Shown here: in pieces, positions 42,040-53,304 of the stretch
How the letters are laid out: each line of letters opens with the position of its first letter
Numbering within the stretch: position 1 is the stretch's first letter
NCBI GenBank assembly: GCA_963849325.1
Contig: CAWKHF010000011.1
Location: 64,001 to 128,000 of the forward strand
Length of the DNA: 64,000 nt
Origin: an uncultured Planctomycetota bacterium
Lineage (GTDB): Bacteria; Planctomycetota; Planctomycetia; Gemmatales; Gemmataceae
Direction of reading: 5' to 3'
Made by a program: the position numbers and the translations under genes
Notes under the pieces: generated by a model
The model's database searches: none
What the model was told of the DNA's origin: nothing
What the model saw: the letters and a program-made list of their open reading frames with translations, nothing else

Positions 42040-42645
42040 TTATTCGGAAACGATGACCTTGGGCCGGCGCAGGACGAATTCGGGTTGCTGGCTGGCGTAG
42101 CCGCGCTCGATCTGTTCGGCGACGAGCAGCGGTCCCATGCCCTCGACGCGCTTGCTGCCGACGCGCTCGTGGATGGCCGGGTTATACGCGGCGCTGATGA
42201 CGGCGTCATACGGCTGAATACCGTGCCGCAGCAGGGCGGCGTCCACCTTGCGCGACTCGACCTCGACCGCTTCGATCCAGCGCTTCACCGCCTCCAGGTC
42301 ATCCAGCGACGGGCGGGCGGCGACGATGGCCCGCAAATCGTGAGCGGTTTCGATTAACTCGTTGAGCAGGGCCAGGCTGACGCGCTTCTCGCCGTGCGTC
42401 TCCTGCCGCAGCTGTTGGTAGGCGCGCTGCGTGTCGGCCGCGAAGCTGTTGAAGCTCGTCTTCAGCTCGTCGCGGACCTTGTTGAGCGTCTGCTCCAGAG
42501 AGCGCAGCTGGCGCTTGTCGTACTCGCGCAGGGCGATGACTTCCTCGCACAGCTTGTACATCGTGGAGGAGCCGAGCGTATCGAGATCGCGGGAGGTCCC
42601 CGGTTCGGAGTTGCCGGGCACGCCCTGCAAAAAATCAGCGCTCAT
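42040..42645 (-). CDS. grpE: Nucleotide exchange factor GrpE-like
   Basis: Long coiled coil then LLRHGIQPY...YNPAIHERV...ERGY...VLRRPKVIVS. Confidence 0.85.
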   Translation of the reverse strand: MSADFLQGVPGNSEPGTSRDLDTLGSSTMYKLCEEVIALREYDKRQLRSLEQTLNKVRDELKTSFNSFAADTQRAYQQLRQETHGEKRVSLALLNELIETAHDLRAIVAARPSLDDLEAVKRWIEAVEVESRKVDAALLRHGIQPYDAVISAAYNPAIHERVGSKRVEGMGPLLVAEQIERGYASQQPEFVLRRPKVIVSE

Positions 42646-42655
42646 TTCGGTAGTC

Positions 42656-43176
42656 CTAGTTCGGAATTCGGACTTCGAGTTCAATGGCCCAGGGATCCAG
42701 CGGTTGTTGTACGAGACGTTCGAGCAGCAGCGGCACGGCCGGCACCTCTTCGGGCACCTTGGGCACGACCAGGGCGGCACGGACGGCGTTGACGTTCGGG
42801 CACTTCGGCGGAGGGCCGGTAGTCGGCCAGCGCCTTCTCGCTGTCCTGCGGCTGCCACAGGCGACCGGCCTGGCCGTCTTCCACGCCGTAGCGCCGCGAA
42901 CTGCGCCAGCACGCCGTCGCTGGTGTCGGCGTTGAGGCTGGCGGCGTCGGCCCGGATGCGCCGCTCGGTATCGTGCAGGACCTCGCGGGCCCAGTTGATG
43001 TCCTCCAGCGGGACCTTGGATTGTCCCTTCCGCGCCCACTTCAGACGGTCGGCCCAGTGGGCGTCGATGGCCTTCTGGTCCGCCGCCTTGTCGAGACCGA
43101 GCAGCAGAAACGGCCCCACCTGCTCGCGCGGCAGCGTGGCCAACTCCAGCACAACGGGTTCCGGACTTCGACCCAT
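42656..43176 (-). CDS. J-domain-like protein lacking the HPD motif (frameshifts ~42895 and ~42795)
   Basis: GPFLLLGLDKAADQKAIDAHWADRLKWARKG...LEDINWAREVLHDTERR aligns by eye with J-domain helices I-IV. Confidence 0.7.
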
Positions 43177-43189
43177 AATGTCCTCTCAT

Positions 43190-43310
43190 TTCACCGCAGA
43201 GGACGCAGAGAGCGCAGAGAGAAGACAGACAAATACCTTGCTCCGTCTTCGATTCTTTCAGGTTTCTCTCCTTTTCTTCTCTTTGCGCTCTCTGCGTCCT
43301 CTGCGGTGAA
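43190..43310. repeat. REP-like inverted repeat (TTCACCGCAGAGGACGCAGAG family)
   Basis: About 28-bp inverted arms around a ~60-bp spacer. Confidence 0.85.
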
Positions 43311-43318
43311 TCTTTATT

Positions 43319-44933
43319 TTACGCGCCCATCGAGCGGCACGCTTCCATCTTTTTATCGATATGCTCGGCCAGGTCACGCACGATGCGGCGATGTTCGTCG
43401 TTGCTGACCAGCGGCAGGCATTTGCCGGTGATACGGCGGAGCTTCTGAAACTCGCGGAGCAGGTCGCGCATCACCTCGCGCACCGCCGACCAGTTAATCT
43501 GGTAATTGGGCAGGTTGCGCACCTGATCGATGACCTTGCTCATCTGGTCGGTCAGTTGATCGCATAGGTTGCCCATCAGCGGAATGACGTTGCCGACCAT
43601 GCTGATCGCCCGCTCCTCGACGCGGGTGTCGTTGGGGTAGCGCTTGAGGATGCGGTCGATGTCGGACAGCAGTTTTTCGATGTCGTTGAGTCCCTTGACC
43701 TCGATGAGGTCGAGTTCGTACAGCTCGTACTGCGGTTCGCCGGGCCGCAAGCGTCGCAGCTGCTTCCAGGGTGCGGCGGGCGTCCTGCGGCCGCTTGGAC
43801 TGATTATACAGGTGGAAGAGGCGTTCGAGCGTGTCCGGGTCGTTGGGCCGCAGATGGGCGGTGCGCTGGACGTAGCTGAGGGCGCTGGACCATTTCTCTT
43901 TCTCGCCGTAGCGCGACGCGAGCCGGCCCAGGCTCTCGTAGGCCAGGTGCTCGATGTACTTCGGGATGTCCGGCGGGGCCGGCACGCCATCGTCCAGCAG
44001 GTCGAAATAGCGGTTCCAGTACGGATCGGCCTGAGCCAGTTCGCCCTTGAATTCGTAGATGAGGGCCAGGTTCTGGTGCAGGCGGGCATCGTTGGGGGCC
44101 AGTTTGATCGCCGCGGCGAAGTGCTTGATGGCGTCATCGAATTCGTGCGTCATGCCGGCGCAGCAGCCGAGCAGGTTGAGCAGGGCGACTTGCGTGGCTC
44201 GGCTGCCGCTCCGTTCGCGGGCCAGCGGACGCAGCAGCAGCTCGGCGTCGGTCCAGGCGCAGCGATCGATTAGCTCCTTGGCCTTGACGAGCACCGCCTC
44301 CAGGTACGCCTCGCGCACCGCCACGCTGCGCGGCCGGGCCTCGGTCAAGGTCTTCAGCAGGACATGCACGGTGTCGAGCTGGCCGAGGCTGCGAACGACC
44401 TGGAGCAGGCGCTGCTCATCGTCGGAGGTCAGCTCGGCCAGGAGCGGCACGTCCGGCGGCGCGCCGTTCGCCTGGCGGCACGCCTGCAACAACGCCTGCA
44501 AGACCAGCAGGAAACGCCGTTCCTCCCGCGTCTCGCCGGGACGATGGGCCAGCAGTTCGATGGCGTTGGGGATGAGGGCGAGACAGTCCTCGACCTTGCC
44601 GAGCGTGAGGCGCGTCAGCAGCAGGTTGTGACAGATTTCGTAGGAACCGGGGTCCATCTGCCCGGCGCGGGCGAACTCGTCCTCGGCCTGGGCCAGCTGA
44701 TTCTCTTGCAGCGACAGCAGGCCCATTTGCAGGACGACGTTGGCGTCGGGCCGCTGGATCTTGCGCAGGGCGTTGCGGGCCTCGGTGAGCTTGCCCTGCC
44801 GTTTGTGGGCCAGGGCCAGCATGTATAGCACGTTGGCGTCCTGGCAGCCGGACTGGACGGCACGTTCGAGGACCTGAGCCGCCACCTCGTAGGGCGACAG
44901 GATTGGCTCCGCAATGGGGATTACTTCGGACAC
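43319..44933 (-). CDS. TPR protein with helical C-terminal domain (frameshift ~43770)
   Basis: Multiple TPRs (e.g. AIKLAPNDARLHQNLALIYE); GTG at 44933 after GGAGAG. Confidence 0.88.
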
Positions 44934-44944
44934 AAGGCTCTCCA

Positions 44945-45002
44945 GTTCTGAGTTCTGAGTAACAGAAGCACGTCGATTGTTTTTCACTCAGAACTCAGAA
45001 CT
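44945..45002. repeat. Inverted heptamer arrays (AGTTCTG)n / (CAGAACT)n at a gene junction
   Basis: Directly visible; related to the heptamers at 25684-25777 and 42658-42682. Confidence 0.75.
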
Positions 45003-47783
45003 TACTGAATACAGCAAGTCGCTGCCCGGCCCGCACCAGGGCGAGGGTCATCAACGGCCCCAGGCGGCGATCGCGCAGGCCGAGCTTGCCGGCCTCGCGG
45101 AAGCGGTCGGCCGCCTGCTCGAAGCGACCATTCTCGTAGGCCAATAGCCCCGACAGCAGCACCGTCTGCCGCAACGGCTCGTCGAATTGCCACTCGCCCC
45201 GCCTGGGAGGATCGACGCTATTCCACCACTTGATGGCCTCGTCGTAGGCGCCGCGGTCGAAGCTCAAACGGCCCAGCATGGCGCGGGCGTAGACCGCCGA
45301 CGGACTTTTCTCGACCGCGGCCACCTTCAGCAACGCTTGCTGAGCGGCAGCAACATTGTTCTGGTGCAAATAGGCCCAGGCCATCAAGAACTGACTTTCC
45401 ACGGCCAGCGCCTCGTCCTCGGCGGCCCGCTGGCTCAATTCGAGGACGGTCCCGTAATTGTTCGCGGCCAGGTGGCAGACGGCGCCGAGGTAGTGGAAGC
45501 GCGGATCGCGCACCTCGGGGCGATTCATCGCCGGCGCCTGCGCCGCCAGGCCGGCTCGATCGCCCAGGACCGAGCGCACCGCCGCCAGACACCACAAGGC
45601 ATCGATGTGGTTCGGATCGTCGCGCAGGCATGTCTCCAGCAAGGTCAACGAGGATGCCAGCGAGGAATGATCCGAGCCGCGACCGTTCGGGAGCGATTGC
45701 CCCCGCTCGCTCACGCTCGCAGCTCGGTTGTTGCCCAAGGTCTCGCGCAAGGCCAGCCGAGCGCCCAGGAAGGCGATGGCGGCACGGAGCGGGCCGCGGC
45801 GTCAGCCCCAGGGCGCGGTCGATGGCCTTGGCACGACGGTCGGCGTTGCCGCGCTCCTGCTCGATGATGGCCTGGCGCACCAGCGGCCAATGATCGGTCG
45901 GGGCCAGGCGGTGCCAGCCGGTGAGGAGGGCCACGGCCCCATCCATGTCGCCACGACGGTAGTTCAGGCACGCCAGCCGATCGTGTCCGGCGATGCTCGA
46001 CGGGTCCAGGCGGAGCAGCACCTCGACGCAGACTGCGCCGGCTCCTGGTGCCCCGACTCCTCCTGCGCGGCGCGAGCGCTCCAGCAGGAACGATTCGCCG
46101 TGGGCCGCGTAACTGCCGCCGAGCACGCCAGGGTACTGTCCCGGCGCGCTCAGCGGCGCTGCGCTCCAGGTAGGCGTACTCGGCGTCGTCGAAGCTCCAC
46201 TGCTGCTGCTCGAAGTAGGCACGGGCAGCGCCGGACTCGGCGAAGGTGCGGGAGAACAGGTCGAGATCACGGTCACTGCTGGAGCCGTGGACGGTGGCCG
46301 CCCGCACGTACAGGAAGGCGTGCCGCGGCCGGACGGCGTCGGGGAACGTGCGCGGCCAGGTGAGCGTAGGCGTCGGCGGCCTGCGGGTCGGTGGCGTGAA
46401 CCGAGGCGAGCACGTCGCACAACTGGAGCTGCTCGTCCTTGCCCAGCGTCATGTTCAGCCGCCGGGCCTCGGCGTGGACGGCGCGATGAGGCCGGCCCAC
46501 TCGGCGTTGTCGAAGACGGGATAGCGGGCCAGCAGGCGGATGGCCCAAGCGACGTTGCGCGGCTTGTCCTCGGGGTTGGTTGGCTTGCCCAGGGCGCCGC
46601 ACAGGCCGAGATAGCCGGCCGTGAAGGGATCCTTGGGTTCTTCTTGTTCCAGGGCGATGCGCAGGTGCTTGTAAGCCTGGTCGTAGCGGCCGCAGCGGGC
46701 CAGGGACAGGCCCAGACCGCGCAGCAGCGGCACCGTGGGAGGACTGTCTTGCAGAAGCTTGGCGAAAAGGTCGGCCGCTTCCGGGAAGTCGCCGTGACGG
46801 TAATGCGCCTGCGCCATGGCGAACCGCCCCTGCCGCAGAATGACGGTCAGGTCCGGACCGAGGACGGGGCAGACGTAGGGATACTTGTTGGCCAAGCGGC
46901 GAACGTAGGAGTGTGCTTCGGGAAAGGCTTCGACCCAGGCGCGCTCCGGCCGGGCCGTCCACAGCCCGAAGCCGCGCGGCCCCAGGGCGCGTTGCAGGGC
47001 GCGCAGGGCGAGTCCGCTATCGCCGCCCGCCGCGACGAGGGAGGCACCCATCTGGCAGGTCACGAACGGACAGCTCGCCTCGACGCGGTTGGCCTCAGCG
47101 AGATAACGCAAACTCTCCTGCGCCTTGCCTTGCCGATAGAGCAGCACACCGAGATAGAACGCCGGATCGAGATAGTGTTTGCCGGCCTGTTCGTGCGCCG
47201 TCGCCAGGGCGGCCATCGCCTCCTCGATCTTTTCCTGGCGGACCAGGCACAACCCTTTCCAGAAGGACGCTTCCGGGCACGGCGGCCGCACGGCGAAGAT
47301 GCGTTCCAGCAGGTGCAGGACGGCTTGCGTGTCTTCCCCCTCACCCCTTCCCCTCTCCCCCCCAGGGGGGAGAGGGGTTAGGGGTGAGGGGGTGGCGGCG
47401 AACAGGCGCCGCGCCTCGGCCAGCATCGCCTCGACGATGCGCGTGCGCTGTTCGTCCTGGTCCAGTCCGAGGCGAGCGCCTGCTTCGAGAGCGTGTCGCA
47501 GAGCTTCCTCGAAGTTTTTTTCCTTGAGCATCTGCTCGGCGCCGCGCTGGTGGCACTCACCGGCGACGACGCGGAGACGATCTTGCCAGACGGGCGGCAG
47601 CCGCGGCTCGGCCAGCAGGGCCGTCACGATGTCCAGCGCGGGCTGCCAGTCGCCTTGTTCGAGCAGGCGCTGAGCGTGGCGGAAGGCGCGATGGCGGCGC
47701 GGCCCGCGCCCCAGCAGCAACCACAGGCACAGCGCCAGCGAGAGCACGAAGACGGCGACAAGGAGGAGGATCTTAACAGTCAC
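44988..47783 (-). CDS. Large TPR protein with N-terminal membrane anchor (several frameshifts; 3' end approximate)
   Basis: Hydrophobic ILLLVAVFVLSLALCLWLLL, then TPR arrays continuing through ORFs 46455-47783, 45711-46307, 45218-46420 and 44995-45750. Confidence 0.82.
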
Positions 47784-47840
47784 AGCGGTCGTTTCCTTCG
47801 CGGTCCAATCCGCTCGGCGTGCAGGGGCGATCTCTCCTCA

Positions 47841-50477
47841 TTATGGCGGATTCCATCGCCGAAGGGCAGCTTTTGCTTCGCGTGTTTCGGGCGTCAGGGC
47901 GCCGTCGGCGAGTTTCTCCAGGATGCACCGCGCCTCCGACGTGCCGATGCGTTCGAGCACGGCGATGGCCCGCAGCGTCCGCAGGGCTTCCTTCGACGGC
48001 CGCCTCGGTTGGGCGAGAAGGGCCTCCAGTCGTCGGCGCATCTCCAGCGAGGGCCGGCCTTGCAATGCCCGTCGCAGCAGAGGCTCGGCTTCGTAGCATG
48101 TGCGGCTCAACTCCTGAGAAGCTGCCTCGCGCGTCCGGAACGAATCGTCATCGAGATCGGCCAACAGTTTCTCGATGTGTTGGACTTTCTTATTCGACGC
48201 CGGCTCCAGATTCGTGCGCAGCAACGGCACAGCTTGCTCCGGTGTGGCTGCCAGCGTGTGGAGGGCGCGAGAAGCCTTGCGGGCATCGCCGGCCAGATCG
48301 GACCATAGCGACGCCAACCCCTTCGGACCAAGCTCTCGCTTCGGCTTGTGGCCCGACCATGTCGAAACTTCCAGATCCCAGAGGAGAATATCTCCCTCCG
48401 CCATGCTCGCGGCGACACGACCGCCCGGCAGGGCGACCAGGGAAGGAACGTAGGGCCAGCCCAAATCGTCCAACGTCTTTGCGATGCTGTCCGGCCACGC
48501 CACCTGATGCAATTTCTCACCCGTGACTGTATCCCAGACACACAGGTTCTTATGATCCGACACGATCAGGGCGCGACTATCTGGGCTGAAGGCAATGGTA
48601 TTGGGAGCTGGCAAGTTCAGGCGGACAACCTCCTCGCCCGTCGCCATCTCGATCAACGACCGCACCTCGATACCTTCATGCTCCGGATCTCCATCCTTCG
48701 CCGACCGGATCAACGCGGCGAGAAGTCGTCCATCGGAGGAAAAAACCAGCGGACTCTTTACCTCCCTGGGCAACTTCGCCAGCAAACAGCCGGTCGAGAC
48801 TTCCTCTATCCCCAACCGCTTGCCCAGCCAGACGCTTAACCGCTCGCCGCCCGGCGCCAAGTCCGCATGGCCGTCGCCGATTAGTCCATCGACTTCGCCG
48901 CGGATCTTAAATTGGTAGGGTCGTTGACTCAACCGTTTCCCGGAGTCCGCGTCCCAGACGACGAGTTGCCCGGGCGGATCTTCCTCCTTCGAGTAGACCC
49001 CCGCAAAGTATTTGCCATCGGCGGAAAGGGCCGCCGTATGCAGACAAGCAATTTTCCCCTTGCCCTCCCCGTCGATGATCCGTCCCAGCGGCTTGCCATT
49101 GGTCACATTCCAGACATGAAAAGTGAAATGAACTCCGCCGGACCACTCCATGGCTCCCAGGTTTCCGGCCGCGACGCGCTGACCATCGCTGGAAAGGAAG
49201 CAGTCGGTGATGAAAAGGTTCCTTTCCTGCCATTTCCGGAGTTGTCTGCTCGTGGTGGCGTCCCACAGGCGCAGAACCCCATCGTGGTCCCCGGAGGCGA
49301 TGATCTTGCCATCGGGGGAAGCGGCCAGCGCCAATCCGATCTGGTCGTGTCCGGGCCGATGGTGCAGGGAGCGACCCGAAGAGGTGTCATAAAGGCGAAT
49401 GGCGCAGCCGTCATGGCAGGCGAGCGTTTTGCCGTCGGGCGCGAACGTAAGCCGGCTTCCGTGGCGTGCCGGCAATTGTTGCATTTGCTGCGCCTTCGAT
49501 AGATCCCAGAGGAGTATGTGATGGGGTATCTCGAAAGTGAACCCGTGCGGGAGGTATCGGCGCGTGCCCCAAATCGCAGCAAACCATCGCCCATCCGGAG
49601 AGAAGGTAGGCTCATGGACAAAGTTTGCGGCGGCCATCGACGGTGCTCGCAACCGCGACTTCTCCTCCAGGGTATCTGCCGCCAAGAATCGAACTACCGC
49701 CTCGTCGCGTCCACCCACAGTCAGCGTCTTGCCGTCGGGCGAAAAAGCCATTGAGCCGGCATCGATCCGGCGAAGGTTTTTCCTCGCGCGGAGCGATTGA
49801 CCCGTGGTCGTGTCCCAGAGAGAAAGATCAAAACGCGAATCGACGGACGTTCCGGGGATTGTCTCGGATCTCGGCGATCCCAGCCAATCGTTTGCCATCG
49901 GATGTGAAAACAACATTCGACAGCTGGATCTCAGGAGGAGTTGCCAATGTTTGATGGAGTTGAATCGTTTCTACATTCCATATTTGTGTGACGTACTTCC
50001 GAGCGCTCGAGCACATCTGGAGCATTAAGAATTTGCCGTCCGTGGAGAATTTCATGAGTTGATGAAGAAGGGCGGTGCCAAGGCACGGGATCCGGCCCCG
50101 TTCTCTGCCTGTACTGGTGTCGTACAGATATACCGTCTCGCCGTCCCAAGTCGCCGCCATGGTCCCGCCGGGCGACAAGGACACGGCCACGAACCGCTTA
50201 TCCTTTCGCGGTTTTCCGGGCAACTGTTGTCGCCACACCAGCTTCCCCGAGGCAACGTCCCAGATGCGGATTTCGCCATCGCGGTCACAGGAGATCAACT
50301 GGCTACCGTCCTTCGAAAATACTACCTTGGCGCCGGCGTGCCGCAACCGCACCGTGCCCAGGCGAGCTACGGCGCCGGGCGGCAGCGGATCGCCATACAA
50401 ATCCACACGCGGCGCCTCCCCCTTGAGAGAGCCGTGCTTCCCAGCAGCATGAGAGTGGTGAATACCGTGCGATTCAT
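47841..50477 (-). CDS. Exported WD40-repeat protein of planctomycete type (frameshifts ~50420 and ~49900)
   Basis: Signal-like start, DLYGDPLPPGAVARLGTVRLRH, repeated FSPDGK/LWD, C-terminal LRAIAVLERIGT...EAKAALRR. Confidence 0.9.
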
Positions 50478-50534
50478 GACCGAATCTCCGTCAACCGCTT
50501 GCAGCCTGGCGTACTCCGTTAAGCCGCAAGCGTC

Positions 50535-53228
50535 TCAGAACGACCCTTCCAATAACCCGGCGTCATCGCCCGGTGTTAACCGTCGATTCTGAAGCAGGTT
50601 CGCCACCTTCTCGACCTCCGTCCCCAGCCGGTTCGTGTCGCGCAGCACGGCCAGCGGCTCCGTCTTGATGCGCTGACTCAGTCCCCGCGCCTGGGCGGCG
50701 ATTTCGGTCAGGCGCGTCTCCAGGTCGGCGCGTTGACGTTCGCGCACCTGCTTCCACACGGAGGACAGGTAGGCGCGGAAGCGTTCGAGTTCGGCGCGGG
50801 CCTCTTCCTCGGGCGGACGGCTCGGTCGCGGCGGACGCGGCAGCGTGTCGCGCAACAGCTGCGTCAGATAGCCGCCGTACTTCTCCAGGTTCTCGTGACA
50901 CTCGCGGTACAGGGCTTGGTTGTGCTCCTCGTAAGCCTGCTCGGCGTAGCGCTCCTGGGCGCGGATGTGCTCGCTCAGTTCGTCGCGGTCGCGGCCGGTC
51001 TTGTCGGCGACCTCGGCGGCCAGATCGAGGCAATGATGCACCAGCTGGACGAAGCGCGGCCAGGGTGGATCGAGTGTCTGACCGTGGCTCGTCTCCAACT
51101 GCTGCAAGAGCTCGCGCAGCTCGGCCATGCGCTGGATGGCCTTCGGCTCGTCGTCGTAGCGCAGCGCCTCGAAGAGATCCTGACGGATTTGCTGCGCCCT
51201 GGCCCGCAGGCGCGTGCGGAAGCTGCCGCTGAACTGCGGTAACAGATCGTCAATTTGCTTCTGCACCTCGTCGATGTCGGCGCGGGTCGGCCGTCGCGGC
51301 GGCGGCGGCGCCTCGATGGTCGCCGTCTCGCAACGCTCGTAGGAATTGGACAGGCGGAGGCGCACGCGCACCTCAATGACGTGCTTGACATCGATGGCGA
51401 ACTCGACCTCGACCGGCGAGCCGACCGGCAGGCTCGGATCGAGGTCTTCGATCACCATCTGTTTGACGACGCGGTTCTCCTCGAAGATGGGCACGACGAT
51501 GCGGCCGGCCTGGTCGTGTGTGCGGCAGATGCACTGAAACACACCCGGCAGTGTCGCGCCGACGGGCGCCACCACCTGCTTGACGCGCTGGCCGCCGCGC
51601 GACAGCACTTCGATTTGCAGCGGCTTGGTGATGAGCTGCGTCGGCAGTACGGCCTGGCCCAGATGCCGCGCCTCGCTCTGATGCCGCACGACTACGACGA
51701 CGCGGGCCGTCTCCTGTCCGGAGCCGTCGCAAACCGCGAACTCCAGAGCGTTGTCCGTCTCCGCTTGCAGCTCCAGCTCGTGGGCGAACGTGCCGCGCTC
51801 GTCGAGAAATGCCTCCTCCGTCAGCCCCGTCGCCAGCGCCCGGATGCGCACCGAGCCGCCCTCCAGCGTGGCCTCCGTCGATTCCAGTCGCACAACGCCG
51901 GTTGCCTGGTAAGCAAGGTCACGGGTGTTGACCGGACTGGTCAGGTGCAGTCCGATGCCGGGGAAGAGATACTGTGTCCCGTGGGTCGCGGCCCGGAGGG
52001 CGGCGCCGTAAGCGACGCACAGGTCCGGCTCGTGCAGCAGCGGGTCGAGACAGCGGACGTGCTCGGGCAGTTCCGGGTTGCAGAAGGCGGCGCGGACGGT
52101 GTCGCGGACCAGGGGGACGCGGCTGGAGCCGCCGACCAGAACGACGTAATCGATGTCCGACAGGCCCAATCCCGCTCGCTCCCGAGCGCGGGCCAAGGCG
52201 TCGCGGCAGCAATCGATGGTTCGGTCCACCTTATCGCGGATGAGACGTTGAAAGACGCTTCGCTCAACGCTCGTCTCCAGCGTGATGCCCCGGCCGTCGG
52301 CGTCGCGGACCAGGTCGGGCAGATAGCGCTCGACGCGCTCGGCATCCGTCAAGGCGATCTTGATGCTCTCGGCGGCCTGCACCAGCCCGACGAAGTTCCC
52401 CGCGCCGGCCGGCGTCGAGAGGTCGAAGAGCGCCGAGAGCGTCTCGGCCGGGACCGGCGCTGTTCGCTCGCCTTCCCGACCCGCGAACCACGAGCTATTC
52501 TCCACGAGATGCGTGGCCAGCAGGCGGTCGAAGTCGTCGCCGCCGAGAAAGGGATCGCCGCTGACCGACAGCACTTCGTAGTCGTCGAAGCGGCGGCGGA
52601 TGATCGATACGTCAAAGGTGCCACCACCGAGGTCGTAGACGAGGTAAGTGGCGTCGCCGTGGCCGCCGATCCAGGAGTAATAGATGGCGGCGGCGGTCGG
52701 CTCGTGCAGCAGTTCGACCACCTCGAAGCCGGCCCGTTCGCCGGCCTGCCGGGTCGCCTCGATCTGATTGTGATTGAAGTACGCCGGCATTGTCAGGATG
52801 GCCGAGTCGATCAGCCGGCGCGGATCGTTCAGCGTGCGGGCCAGCATGTCGCGTAGAAGGCCCAGGATGCACGCCGACACCTCCGGCGGCGTCAGCCGCT
52901 GCGGCCCCAGGGCAAACTCGCGCGGCAGACCCATGAAGCGTTTGACCGAGGCCAGCGGCAGCTGGGTGGAGGGTGCTTCTTCTCCCTCCACTCTCCACCC
53001 TCCACCCTTCACCCGTTGGGCGGCGCGGCCGGCGACGAGGCGGTCATGCTTCGGGTGATAGCCGACCAGCGAAGGGAACGTGCGATGGCCGTGTTCGTCC
53101 TGTCCGGTGAGAATCGTGCTGTCGGTGGGATCGAGCAGGGCGATGACGCTGTTGGTGGTGCCCAGGTCGATGCCGACCGTTTTGCGGATGCGGAGAGGCG
53201 ATGAGGAGAGAGGAGAGGTGTGCGGCAT
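50535..53228 (-). CDS. Hsp70-family protein B, ~897 aa with internal insertion and long helical C-terminus
   Basis: GIDLGTTNS, TMPAYFN, LHEPTAAA, VYDLGGGTFDVS, LGGDDFD, VLVGGSSRVP; ~110-aa beta-rich insert before the SBD-like region. Confidence 0.93.
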   Translation of the reverse strand: MPHTSPLSSSPLRIRKTVGIDLGTTNSVIALLDPTDSTILTGQDEHGHRTFPSLVGYHPKHDRLVAGRAAQRVKGGGWRVEGEEAPSTQLPLASVKRFMGLPREFALGPQRLTPPEVSACILGLLRDMLARTLNDPRRLIDSAILTMPAYFNHNQIEATRQAGERAGFEVVELLHEPTAAAIYYSWIGGHGDATYLVYDLGGGTFDVSIIRRRFDDYEVLSVSGDPFLGGDDFDRLLATHLVENSSWFAGREGERTAPVPAETLSALFDLSTPAGAGNFVGLVQAAESIKIALTDAERVERYLPDLVRDADGRGITLETSVERSVFQRLIRDKVDRTIDCCRDALARARERAGLGLSDIDYVVLVGGSSRVPLVRDTVRAAFCNPELPEHVRCLDPLLHEPDLCVAYGAALRAATHGTQYLFPGIGLHLTSPVNTRDLAYQATGVVRLESTEATLEGGSVRIRALATGLTEEAFLDERGTFAHELELQAETDNALEFAVCDGSGQETARVVVVVRHQSEARHLGQAVLPTQLITKPLQIEVLSRGGQRVKQVVAPVGATLPGVFQCICRTHDQAGRIVVPIFEENRVVKQMVIEDLDPSLPVGSPVEVEFAIDVKHVIEVRVRLRLSNSYERCETATIEAPPPPRRPTRADIDEVQKQIDDLLPQFSGSFRTRLRARAQQIRQDLFEALRYDDEPKAIQRMAELRELLQQLETSHGQTLDPPWPRFVQLVHHCLDLAAEVADKTGRDRDELSEHIRAQERYAEQAYEEHNQALYRECHENLEKYGGYLTQLLRDTLPRPPRPSRPPEEEARAELERFRAYLSSVWKQVRERQRADLETRLTEIAAQARGLSQRIKTEPLAVLRDTNRLGTEVEKVANLLQNRRLTPGDDAGLLEGSF

Positions 53229-53304
53229 GGGTTGTCCCGCTCGTCCTTCTTCCGCTGGGGAAAAAGGAAACCCGTGGCTCGGCCGGATCGGTAGGTAGCT
53301 TATC

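Noticed and set aside
42040-43176. 378-aa J-like-GrpE fusion
   Set aside because: The joining segment is out-of-frame sequence; the J-like gene ends at 42656 and GrpE has its own ATG at 42645.
40059-53228. Canonical dnaK-dnaJ-grpE heat-shock operon
   Set aside because: Both Hsp70s diverge from DnaK, no HPD/zinc-finger DnaJ or hrcA is present, and I saw no CIRCE element; no dnaK symbol assigned.
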